From the NCBI RefSeq assembly GCF_001194135.2, contig NC_068996.1:21418067-21454411 (forward strand): a stretch of 36,345 nt of DNA. Direction: 5' to 3'. A program made the position numbers and the translations under genes. The notes below the pieces were generated by a model. It did not search any database. It saw nothing but the letters and a program-made list of their open reading frames with translations, and was not told where the DNA came from. Positions 10,637 through 21,470 of the stretch are shown here, one piece after another; the first letter of the stretch is position 1, and each line of letters starts with the position of its first letter. This DNA comes from Octopus bimaculoides. Its lineage: Eukaryota.

Positions 10637-11070
10637 TTATGTTTGACTTTTGCTTTGCATTTGTACAAGTTGGATCCAAGTCTCACCCAGAGACCTCAAG
10701 AGACAACAAGTTAGAAGTTCATGTAGGTGTTATGCCTAAGGTACCATATATTTGGATTTGTACATAGTGTTGTTCTAGAGAATGTTTAAGAAACCATAAA
10801 AAAATTGTGTTTGTTTTAAAATTTGAGATCACATAGACAGTATTTTACGTAGGATATGGGCAGTTCCCATGAGCACTATCTTTTGAACTTTTGAACTTCA
10901 GCCATTTTGGGGTTTCCTGGTATCTGAGCTAGGTAGTAATCAGCCCGCTGTCATTCCCATAGCACCTATGACAATAGGTATTGTTTTAGTCTTCAGGTTC
11001 CACATTTTGCTAATTTCTATTTCAAGATCTTTATATTTGCTCAGTTTTTGGTAGGTCTTGACAGATATTA
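10637..11070 (-). mobile_element. 5'-truncated R4/Dong-clade RLE retrotransposon: endonuclease C-terminus plus 3' UTR
   Basis: Minus strand reads ISVKTYQKLSKYKDLEIEISKMWNLKTKTIPIVIGAMG, then after a shift ...KIVLMGTAHILRKILSM*, typical of R4/Dong ends (KY.DL..E..R.W...IP.VIGALG); (TAA)n lies on both flanks. Confidence 0.88.
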
Positions 11071-11582
11071 TTTTATTATTATTATTAAAGTGGTACCGGT
11101 GAGGGCTCTTGTTACCTGCATGATTCTGCAAGTTGCTCAACATGCTATAAATAGCAGCCAAATATTTCTGAAACTCCACACTGCAGTTTTGAGTGCAGAG
11201 TGAATCCTTTTAGTTCATGCTTTATAATTTGTATTTTGTGACTTTTGATAACTTTGTGGATTTTTTTTAGACTTCCTCTGTGTGTGTATGAAAGAGAGAG
11301 AGGGGAGGGGTAGGGAAAGAAGAGGTCCAAATCTTCATCTAGTTGGGAAATAAATTTTTTTTTTCTTGTTTCTGTTTTGTTTATTTTTGGTGGTTGATTT
11401 TCCAGAAATGCCTGATGATTGTGTTTGGTGATTCAAGATCATCACAAGACCATTGTTGTTGTAGTTGTTAATTACTCTATACAGTACTTTAATGTAGTAG
11501 TTTATGTTTGATACAAATGTTTACCAATTTTCTCTTTTGCTATGGTTTATTTTCTTTATTTTAGTCATTTGATATTGAACTT

Positions 11583-11827
11583 TACAATTAAACCTTGGGA
11601 GAGGCATTATGCTGGTAATAAACATACGCACTGGTTCAGTCCTTTATTAATTTATAAACAGTATTTAGATTTTTTGTTAAATCATTTCATTGCACTCTTG
11701 CAATCTCTTCAAGAGTGCAATGAAATGATTTAACAAAAAAACTAAATACTGTTTATAAATTAATAAAGGACTGAACCAGTGCATGTGCTTATTACCGGCA
11801 TAATGCCTCTCCGAAGGTTTAATTGTA
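11583..11827. repeat. Foldback palindrome: 118-bp arms, 9-nt loop; probable Tc1/pogo-type MITE
   Basis: 11583-11700 versus the reverse complement of 11710-11827 differs at 6 positions by my alignment; termini TA|CAATTAAACC...GGTTTAATTG|TA. Confidence 0.9.
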
Positions 11828-12156
11828 TTTCTTTCAACACACGTATCCACATCAAGAATCTTGCACATGAAATACACATACGAAATATTGAACTTTACTT
11901 TTGTATTTGTAGAGGTGTTGGTATTTTCTCTTTGATATCTCTTGATGAAATGAATTTGCTTACTTCTTTTGCAGTTATATTTTTAATTGTCTTTTGAAAA
12001 AGCATTTTTTAAAAACTTTGCCTGTTCTATAATTATTTACTGAATAATTATATGTTGGTGATTGTGATGGTGATTGATATCAGTGAAGCTTGCTTTTGTT
12101 TCATGGTGAAACTCCTTGCATTGTACTTTTTTTTTTTTTTAAATTTTTACTCTTTT

Positions 12157-12314
12157 CAGGCATGACTATGTGGTAAGAAGCTTGCTTCCTGACCACATGG
12201 TTCTGGGTTCAATGCCACTATATAACATCTTGGGTGAGTGTTTTCTACTATAGCCTTGAGCCTACCAAAGCCTTGTGAGTAGGTTTGGTAGATGGAAACT
12301 GAAAGAAGGCAATC

Positions 12315-12359
<45 letters not shown>

Positions 12360-12554
12360 GTGTATGTGTTTGACCCTTCCCTTCCCTGCTTGATAACCAG
12401 TGTTGGTGTGTTCATGTCTCCATAACTTAGCAACTTGGCAAAAGAGATCAATAAAATAAGCATCAGGTTTAACAAAAAAGACAAGTACTGGGATCTATTC
12501 TTCAAGGTGGTGCCCCAGCATGGCCACAGTCCAATGACTGTAACAAGTAAAAGA
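12157..12554 (+). mobile_element. SINE family B copy
   Basis: Head caggcatgactatgtggtaagaagcttgcttcc, internal (TA)n at ~12320-12356, tail gactgtaacaagtaaaaga. Confidence 0.82.
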
Positions 12555-12909
12555 TGAAATCAAAAAAAAGAAAAGTCAGTTGAGGGTGGATCAGAGGACT
12601 GTTTAGTATGGATGTTGTAGGTAGGTAGGTAGGTAGGTATGTAGAGAACAGAAGGTGATTGTGAGAAGTTGATGCGGTTTGCTGAGGTATTTTGGTATGT
12701 TGATGTTGTATTATTGTTATTAGTATTTTTATGACTCAGTGATTTACATGCATTGAATTTCTCCCAATCATAGTGTTTGGCAGAACATTAAGGTAATGTT
12801 GGCAGGCTGGTTGCTTGGTTGGTGAGTTGGTTGATGTCAGTCATGGCATATAATCATCATTGTTGTTGCTGTCATCGTTGTCCTCCTCCTCATCAATATC
12901 ATTATTGTC

Positions 12910-13136
12910 ATCGTCATCATCATCATCATTTAGCATCCATATTCCATACTGGTGTGGGTTGGGCAGTTTGACAGGGTCCATTGGAATCGAGGACTGCATC
13001 ATGCTGCTTCAGTGTCTCAGGCTTGGTATAGTTTCTATAGCTGGATGCCCTTCCTAATGCCAGCTCGCTGCATGTAACTAGATGCTTTTATCATTCCACC
13101 AGCACTATTAATGTCTCTATGCAGCTCATAAGACTA
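12910..13136 (-). mobile_element. Family C (RTE 3' UTR) old copy, host of a later SINE A insertion
   Basis: (CAT)n then agctggatgcccttcctaatgcc on the plus strand. Confidence 0.7.
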
Positions 13137-13145
13137 TGAGCACCG

Positions 13146-13539
13146 TTGTTGTTGTTGTTGGCACTCCGTCGCTTACGGCGTCAAGGGTTCCAGTTGATCC
13201 AATCAACGGAACAGCCTGCTCGTGAAATTAACGTGCAAGTGGCTGAGCACTCCACAGACCCGTGTACCCTTAACATAGTTCTTGGGGATATTCAGCGTGA
13301 TACAGTGTGACAAGGCTGACCCTTTGAATTACAGGCACAACAGAAACAGGAAGTAAGAGCGAGAGAAAGTTGTGGTGAAAGAGTACAGCAGGGTTCGCCA
13401 CCATCCCCTGCCAGAGCCTCGTGGAGCTTTAGGTGTTTTCGCTGAATAAACACTAACAACGCCCAGTCTGGGAATCAAAACCGCAATCCTATGACCACGA
13501 GTCCGCTGCCCTAACCACTGGGCCATTGCGCCTCCACTC
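13146..13539 (-). mobile_element. tRNA-derived SINE family A1, full length with TSD
   Basis: Minus-strand head ggaggcgcaatggcccagtggttagggc...gattcccag and (CAA)n tail; 9-bp TSD TGAGCACCG at 13137-13145 and 13540-13548. Confidence 0.92.
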
Positions 13540-14844
13540 TGAGCACCGAGGAAAGGATATTTATGATATTCATCAAGTTAATATATTTCATGTTATTATT
13601 GGCTTTTATTTTAAATGTAGCCATATGAGAATGGCCATTGTACAACAACTCAATATTATTCAACAATAGTCCTTGTCTCTTACTTCAAAGTGACGGCCTT
13701 AACTTGTCATTCCACATCATGCTACAATAATCAATGATTACTTCTGATCTCCTTTCCCCATAATGATCTTGTATTGGTCCCGACGAATCCAATGTATCTA
13801 CTTCACATTTGGTGTGCATCTTCCTTTTGATGTGTGACCCTTGCGTATCCATTTTTTTTTTTTTTTTAAATTTTCAGTTTTTCAATTCATTCATAGACAG
13901 TCCATTGCAAAAAAAGAAAAAAAAATGAGGGAGGGAGAGAGAGAGAGAGAGAGAGAGAGAAGCTCTGATACACCTTTCAGTTCATTGAAAACAAACCACT
14001 GAACTCTTCTTTGGACCAAACAGAGAGCAAAATGGTTAATGGAACAACTACTACTACTACTTAATGTTTTGTGTTCAAGGCTGTATATTATGGATTAATG
14101 AAAGATACCCTTACATCATCATTGTCCTTATCATTGTCATCATTGTTTCATGTCTGCTGTCTATGCTGAATGGGTCTGTCCATCTAAATGACACAAGGAT
14201 ACTTCACCTCGCTTGTATTTCCTTTTGGTCTGGCTTCTTTATAGCAGCAATCACTTTACAGGGTGTACTGGGCACTTTTTTGTCGCACCAGCATTCTCAT
14301 TCATCTCTTTCTAGAGTAAGAAGCATGAGTGATAGAGGCAAGAACAAGGAATATGTGATAGGGGTACTCACTATTTTAAGGTATGTATATTTAAGGCAGT
14401 GTAACTGAAATGGTAGGGAGGTAACAGAAGGTTATGTGGCCCAGTGGATAGTGATGACAGAGAGATGCCAGAGGCCTGAGAGAAAAGGAATGGGTATGCT
14501 GACAAAGTCACATGTGGTAATGACTAGAGAAGGGGGTGAAGCTGAAATAAACTGAGCACAAGTTTTCCAATGTAGTAATTTACATGTAGGTGGTGAAGTA
14601 GATGGAGGGGTTGTATGATGAGAGTAGTTGCGTGGCCATAGTAAATGGAACATAGATGGTCATACTGACCACATAATTCAGTGTGAGTGGTAAGAGGAGG
14701 GAGTGAGTGATTGACGAGTATGTGTTTGGTTACAAAAAGCATAAACAAGAGAGACAAAGGTATGGGTGACAGTGGTATGAGCAATAGATGGATGAGTGTT
14801 AGAGATGTTTGATGCCTGTATATATATATATATATATATATATA

Positions 14845-15115
14845 TCATCATCATCATCATCATCATCGTTTAACGTCCGCTTTCCATGCTAGCATGGGTT
14901 GGACGATTTGACTGAGGACTGGTGAAACCGGATGGCAACACCAGGCTCCAGTCTAATTTGGCAGAGTTTCTACAGCTGGATGCCCTTCCTAACGCCAACC
15001 ACTCAGAGAGTGTAGTGGGTGCTTTTACGTGTCACCCGCACGAAAACGGCCACGCTCGAAATGGTGTCTTTTATGTGCCACCCGCACAAGCCAGTCCAGG
15101 GGCATTGGCAACGAT
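14845..15115 (-). mobile_element. Young RTE 3' UTR copy (family C), 3' terminal portion
   Basis: (CAT)n tail, cgtttaacgtccgctttccatgctagcatggg, then cagctggatgcccttcctaacgccaacc; CpGs retained. Confidence 0.88.
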
Positions 15116-15839
15116 ATATATATAATAATAATGATAATATTTGGGACAAAATCCAAAATTACAGGTAAAAACTCAATTAAAATCAATTTATAAAAAATTA
15201 AGATTAAATTAAGCTTTACAGAGTAAAATATAGCTAATCGTCAGGTCAAAATACAACAATAATTTCATATTTACTTTGTATTATATTATACTCATTAATT
15301 GTGCTTTTACTTATTAATTTTTCTATATGTGACAGTGGATTTTCATTGATGAGTTCATGAACCTTGGTTCTTTTCCCTAAAACTATATATATATATATAT
15401 ATNNNNNNNNNNNNNNNNNNNNNNNNNNNNNNNNNNNNNNNNNNNNNNNNNNNNNNNNNNNNNNNNNNNNNNNNNNNNNNNNNNNNNNNNNNNNNNNNNN
15501 NNNNNNNNNNNNNNNNNNNNNNNNNNNNNNNNNNNNNNNNNNNNNNNNNNNNNNNNNNNNNNNNNNNNNNNNNNNNNNNNNNNNNNNNNNNNNNNNNNNN
15601 NNNNNNNNNNNNNNNNNNNNNNNNNNNNNNNNNNNNNNNNNNNNNNNNNNNNNNNNNNNNNNNNNNNNNNNNNNNNNNNNNNNNNNNNNNNNNNNNNNNN
15701 NNNNNNNNNNNNNNNNNNNNNNNNNNNNNNNNNNNNNNNNNNNNNNNNNNNNNNNNNNNNNNNNNNNNNNNNNNNNNNNNNNNNNNNNNNNNNNNNNNNN
15801 NNNNNNNNNNNNNNNNNNNNNNNNNNNNNNNNNNNNNNN

Positions 15840-16210
15840 ATTTGGCAGAGTTTCTACAGCTGGATGCCCTTCCTAACGCCAACCACTCAGAGAGTGTAGT
15901 GGGTGCTTTTACGTGTCAGCCGCACGAAAACGGCCACGCTCGAAATGGTGTCTTTTATGTGCCACCCGCACAAGCCAGTCCAGGGGCACTGGCAACGATC
16001 TCACTCGAAAATCCTACGGGAGCCAGTCAGGCGGTACTGGCAACGGCCACGCTCAAAATGGTGCATCTCATGTGCCACCCGCACAAGAGCCAGTCCAGGG
16101 GCACTGGCAACGATCTTACTTGGCTTGCCGGGTCTTCTCACGCACAGCACATTTCCAAAGGTCTCGGTCAGTAGCCATCGCCTCGATGAGGCCCAATGTA
16201 CGAAGGTCTT
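15840..16210 (-). mobile_element. Young 5'-truncated RTE LINE: last 30 codons plus 3' UTR
   Basis: Minus strand 16208-16116 reads DLRTLGLIEAMATDRDLWKCAVREKTRQAK*, homologous to the RTE C-termini at 4490-4550, and runs directly into the family C sequence. Confidence 0.9.
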
Positions 16211-16264
16211 ATATATACAAATATACATAATTTTAATGTCTGTTGTGCCATGCCTTAACAGACG

Positions 16265-16566
16265 AGCAGATTTTCGAGCGAGATCGTTGCCAGTGCCCCT
16301 GGACTGGCTCTTGTGTGGGTGGCACATAAAATACACCATTTTGAGCATGGCCGTTGCCAGTACCACCTGACTGGCCTTCGTGCGGGTGACATGTAAAAGC
16401 ACCCACTACACTCTCTGAGTGGTTGGCGTTAGGAAGGGCATCCAGCTGTAGAAACTCTGCCAAATCAGATTGGAGCCTGGTGTAGCCATCTGGTTTCACC
16501 AGTCCTCAATCAAATCATCCAACCCATGCTACCATGGAAAGCGGATGTTGAACGAACGATGATGAT
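16265..16566 (+). mobile_element. RTE 3' UTR copy (family C), inverted relative to 15840-16210
   Basis: Contains ggttggcgttaggaagggcatccagctgtagaaa and ends catggaaagcggatgttgaacgaac(gat)n. Confidence 0.88.
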
Positions 16567-16569
16567 GTG

Positions 16570-16965
16570 CCCAAGGACTGCATCATATTTCAGTGTATGT
16601 TTGGCATAGTTTAGCATAGATTCTGCAGCTGTATGCCCTATCTGATACTAAATCACTTTACAGCCTGCACTTGGTGCACTTTTTGTACCACCCACACTAC
16701 TGCTGTTGCCATGCAATTTGCAAGACTGCAAACCCGTTGTATGCATGAGGAAAACTTTATGCTAGGAGAGTAAGGAGTAGTAAGATGTATGAGAGATAGA
16801 GGCCAGAGCAGAACAGGGTTTTTTGTAGAGGAGCTAAGCTACATGGTTACTCACATTTTTGAAGAGCAGATGAAGTGATTGGTTGGGAGATAGTGATCAG
16901 GTGGTGATTGGGTAGAGATGGAAAGTGATATAAGAGGTGATGAGGTGTTAGAATGGGCTTTCAAG
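16570..16965 (-). mobile_element. Older, longer family C-related repeat
   Basis: 16700-16965 is the reverse complement of ~21905-22160 and similar to 35300-35480. Confidence 0.6.
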
Positions 16966-17356
16966 GTTCTGGGTGTGGAGGAATGCCTGATAAGTATGGA
17001 ATAGCAGAATAGAAATCATGATACAGTAAACAGGAAGATGAAAGAGAGATGAGACATTGAGTAGGTTGCAGGAGTGGCTGGGGGGAAGATTGAAAGAGCG
17101 AGAGAGAGAGGCAAGTGCAGTGTATGAAGAAGGTGAGAAGAATGGTGGTGTAGAAAGGGAGGATTCACTAGTAGAGAGAGATGCTGGGTGATCAATGGAA
17201 GTATTGCTTGAGATCATTATTAGTGGATGAAGGATGAATAGCAAGTTAAGTGGCTCTAGATAGTAAGAAAAATGGAATCAAGGAAGAACTGCAGCTTGGG
17301 AGGTGGTGAGTAACGGTGGTGGTGGGTTCTTGAGGAGAAAGGAAGTTGGGTTGTCA

Positions 17357-17404
<48 letters not shown>

Positions 17405-17739
17405 TATATTTATATTTATACCATTATGTCACTGTTAAATCTTTTTTGCGCAACATATCTTCCTAATACCCCCCTCTCTCTACTAGTGCCCACTCATTAC
17501 GTCCCCCTACCTCTGTCTCTCACTCTCCTTTCAAAATTTTGTGAATTCATCCACCCACTCACCCTCTCCAACTGGTCTAATTTACTATATACACCTCCCT
17601 GTAAGTTGGGTGTTTGGCTCCTTCTCCCTCTCCATCACTTCTTCATTCGTCTCTCCTCTTTCTCTCTCCATTGAGGTAGCCATTTTTCTCTTCTAATGCA
17701 AGCCACCTTTCTGTCCCTCAATACTACTTCCCTCATTTG

Positions 17740-17935
17740 AGGGTGTCTTTTCCTGCAAGTTATTTGGTGACCTTAATAGTGGTTGGTGTCAGGAAGGGCA
17801 TCCAGCCACTGAGACCATGCCAAAACAAACATCAGAGTTTGGTGCAGTCTTCTAACTTGCCAGCTCCTGTCAAACTGTCCTACCCATGTTTGCGTGGAAA
17901 ACAGACATTAAATGATGACGATGATGATGATGATA
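17740..17935 (+). mobile_element. Family C old copy
   Basis: ggttggtgtcaggaagggcatccagcc...gacattaaa(tga)n. Confidence 0.75.
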
Positions 17936-18027
17936 CACACATGCGCCTCAACTGGCTCAACCACAAATCTGTCAGAGAGTACTTGATACAAACAGATGAT
18001 GCAACTCATATCAGACTATGAAAGCTG

Positions 18028-19580
18028 CTATTTACTGCGAGTAGAAGTTTTGTGGATTCCCATCTTGGCTGTAAGTTGTTGAAAATTTGGCTTATATATT
18101 ATAAAAGCATACAAGTTCCGTTAGTTGATGGTTTGTAAAGTTTGCATGATGCTCTGATTTCACAAACTTTATTAAAGAGTACAGTGATTCACAGTAGTAT
18201 GTTGTGCTGAAAACTGAAATGAATTGCACACTAGTTTCCTTCAGTTCAGGATATTTTATTCCTGGAACTTTTCCAGAATTCAGTTGTGGACTGGGATTTA
18301 TGGACCATCTTTAGACACAGGTCCTCCTGTAACTCCATTATTTCCATCTTCACAACAGATGATTCCATAACTAGAGATTAGAGAAGTCGACAACCATCAT
18401 TGACTACATCAGCCATGAATGGATTTGGAAGAGAGATGAATCAGGATTTCATCTTCTGCAAGTCTTCAAATCTGATTAGGAAATTTACAAACAATCCCTG
18501 TAATTTATATTTGTATTCTTCCAGTTTATGGTCTTTTATAGCAATATTTACTCTTCTTTTGAGATTGGGAAAGTGACTGAAATTTCTTGACAATATGTCT
18601 CTCTGAAAAGCTTTTATTTTACTCTGATAATTGAAAACTAATCTGTGTAAGATCAGAAGTAATCTTATCCTTCCCCAGGAGTGCCAAGTTGAGAGTTTGT
18701 AGATGATTCATTTTATCAGTAAAGAACATAAGACCTTGCATCTATTCATTATTTTCTAGTTGAGAACAGGGTTTTTCTTTATGGAAGATAATAATAGGCA
18801 CCAGCAGGTCCCCAAACATACTCAAGACAAAAGATTTATCATTGGGTTTCAGGTTTATCTTGAATTTCCATATATGAATAATACAGTGAACAAGGAAGAA
18901 CTCTGGAAAACTGGAATCACTTTTCATAATTGCAGTTAATCTTGCATTTCCCCCACCATTGCAAGAACTTCATCTATTGTAACACTGACAAGTTTATTCA
19001 GTGGAACACCAGCATTTGTTAAGGCTCTGCCAAGTGCATTTTTTATATCAACACCACAAGTTGTTTCTTTTAATTACACCGAATCCAAAATCTCTTCTAT
19101 CTCTTCTATCACAGCTACTTCAGCAGAAACATAATGAACAAATACTGCCAGTTGGAGGTTGTCTTGTGTGTCAGTTGTTTTGTCAATAGCTAAACTGAAT
19201 GCAAAGGAGTGTTTTAAAATCATTTTGTTTACAAAATCAGCACTGATCTGAGAGATACACCACTCTGTAGTGTGACATGAAACTAGTGTTTGTGCTATTA
19301 GTCATTGAAGTTTTGTGTTATTTGGACCGAACACTGTAGCAACATCAGCTATATCCTCCTTAAAAAAATGGGTGTTTAGCATAAGCAATGTTCCATGATA
19401 TAACAAAACTGGCTTCACTTGTTGTATTGGCTTCCTGCTGGACAGTGTCTGCTGGCTAACAGTTTAATTGTAGATGTGCAAAGAATTTTGTGATTTGTTT
19501 CATAGTTGCATTTCAAGTTGCTGACTTTGTAATGACTAAGAGACATATGGCAGATATGGTACAGAGGTTTAATCTTCACC
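18028..19580 (-). pseudogene. Decayed hAT transposase (Charlie/SPIN/Buster group, GTF2IRD2-like)
   Basis: Fragmentary minus-strand translation in expected order: KPL..ICHMSLSHYKVSNLKCNYETNH (zinc-finger-like); EASFVISWNIAYAKHPF; FSLAIDKTTDTQDNLQLAVFVHYV (first catalytic D region); ETTCGVDIKNAL...LVSVT.D; FFLVHCIIH (CxxH); KYPELK...TTYYCESLYSLIKFVKS (catalytic E and dimerisation region). Many stops and frameshifts. Confidence 0.9.
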
Positions 19581-20038
19581 TCGAATATTTGAGCCTCTTA
19601 CCCATGAGTTCAGTCTTCTGATATTCTTCTGTAACTCTTGCTGACCTTAAATTCCTTTAATCTTTCTGCTCCCACCATTTCAACCTCTCAGCACTAAAGA
19701 ACAATGCCTTCCTTACTGCATTATCATTTATAATTGTTTCTGTTGCTCATTGCTGTATTGGTGGGGTGGGGTAGACACCATTACGTAGTAAAATAATATA
19801 AATTATTGGATTAATAAACGACATCGATATTATTCAAAGCAGATAATGTGACTGTGGTCATTGGGAGAAAGAGAAGTGTGACAAGTAGTGAAAGATAAAG
19901 AAAAGACATCGAATAAATTTTCTCATTTGTTATCAGTTTCAGTCATGTATGACATACTCCAGCATGTTTTGAAAGAGAGTGTTGAAAATAACATTCTATA
20001 TGCCAATGACATATCCTTATATACCTACTGGTTACAAC

Positions 20039-20272
20039 CAGGGCTGTAGAGTCTGAGTCGGAGTCAGTAAAACTATACCAACTCTGACTCACAATGTCTT
20101 TATTCTTTAATATAAACCAGTTATAACATATAGGCCTACTTAACGTACAAGCGTATGCATATGCTTTATGAGATATGTAGACCACAATCACTTCATTACA
20201 TAAAGAGGAGTTGGAGGTGCCTATAGGATCAGAGTCGGAGTTGAAGTATTTTGTTTCGACTCCACAGCCCTG
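20039..20272. mobile_element. hAT MITE, 234 bp, second family
   Basis: TIRs CAGGGCTGTAGAGTC / GACTCCACAGCCCTG (14/15); 8-bp TSD GTTACAAC / ATTACAAC (7/8); subterminal GAGTCGGAGT repeats. Confidence 0.9.
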
Positions 20273-20411
20273 ATTACAACTTCAATGGGAAACATGGTGA
20301 GAAAGTCAGAGAATAGAAAAAACTAAAGTAGAAGAGATAGAAATTAAAAATTGCAATTTTATATTTGGGTTTATTTCCCACAAAAATAAGAAAAGCCATT
20401 CCCACAACACT

Positions 20412-20779
20412 TGTTGGCACTCCATCGCTTATGACATCAAGGGTTCCAGTTTATCTGATCAATGGAACAGCCTGCCCGTGAAATTAACGTGCAAGTGGCT
20501 GAGCACTCCACAGACACGTGTACCCTTAACGTAGTTCTCGGGGATATTCAGCGTGACACAGTGTGACAAGGCTGACCCTTTGAATTACAGGCACAACAGA
20601 AACAGGAAGTAAGAGTGAGAGAAAGTTGTGGTGAAAGAGTACAGCAGGGTTCACCACCATCCCCTGCCGGAGCCTTGTGGAGCTTTAGGTGTTTTCGCTC
20701 AATAAACACTCACAACGCCCAGTCTGGGAATCGAAACCGCGAGTCTGCTGCCCTAACCACTGGTCCATTGCGCCTCCAC
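20412..20779 (-). mobile_element. SINE family A1, full length
   Basis: Collinear with 13146-13539; ~11-bp TSD cccaca(a/g)cact at 20401-20411 and 20780-20790. Confidence 0.9.
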
Positions 20780-20937
20780 CCCACAGCACTACACTGCTGG
20801 TATCAATTCACACACACTAGATGATACTAAAGCTGGAATTATTTTACCTATTTAATTGTGATAATAAAAACGAGAGCTCAGCCAATATATTGATAGGCTT
20901 CTCCACAGTTTCCATCCGTCAAATTCCCTCACATATT

Positions 20938-21160
20938 GATTTTAAATTTCGGCACAAGGCTAACAATTTCAGGGGAGTGGGTAAGTCAATTGCATCGACC
21001 CCAGTACTCAATTGGTACTTATTTTATTGACCCCCCGCCAAAAGGAAGAAAGGCAAAGTCGACCTCATCAAAATTTGAACTTAGAACATAAAAATGAATG
21101 AAATAGCACTAAGCATTTCACCTGGCATAATAACTATTCTTCCAGCTTGCTGTCTTACGA
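20938..21160 (-). mobile_element. SINE family D copy
   Basis: Reverse complement of 33450-33660 (gttctaagttcaaattt...gtcgactttgcctttc...aataagtacca). Confidence 0.75.
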
Positions 21161-21212
21161 GCCACATATATTAACAGTTTGGCCACTCCTGTTATATATT
21201 GTATGCATGTAT

Positions 21213-21470
21213 ATATCTTTTATCTTTTACTAACTTTGGACTGTAACCATCATAACCTGAGGGTTTAGTCAAAACAAGCTGAACCCCGTGCTTAAATACT
21301 TTTTAAATTCTGATACTTATTCTATTAGACTCTTTTACCAAATCACTATATTATGGGAACATAATATAGTGATTGTCAAGTGCTGGTGGCAGACACACAC
21401 ACACACACACACACTTACACGCACACATACATTACACACGCTCACATATTTATATAACGTAGTGTAGAGC
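21213..21470 (-). mobile_element. SINE family B, degraded copy
   Basis: Tail tcttttact..., gatacttattctatt and an internal (CA)n. Confidence 0.55.

Noticed and set aside
13460-13539. tRNA-like sequences (also 7483-7555, 25250-25319, 34743-34810)
   Set aside because: They are SINE heads: A/B boxes are present, but the cloverleaf and anticodon arm are degenerate and each continues into a repeat body.
14064-14408. 114-aa hydrophobic ORF resembling a membrane protein
   Set aside because: The hydrophobic run comes from a decayed (CAT)n tail and a family C repeat read antisense.
15930-16115. Repeat-spacer-repeat pattern as a possible CRISPR-like array
   Set aside because: Eukaryotic context, only two ~72-nt units, part of a LINE UTR and no cas genes.
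15842-16499. Overlapping 88-155 aa ORFs with internal repeats
   Set aside because: Readings of the GC-richer RTE 3' UTR tandem units on both strands; only the last 30 RTE codons are true coding remnants.
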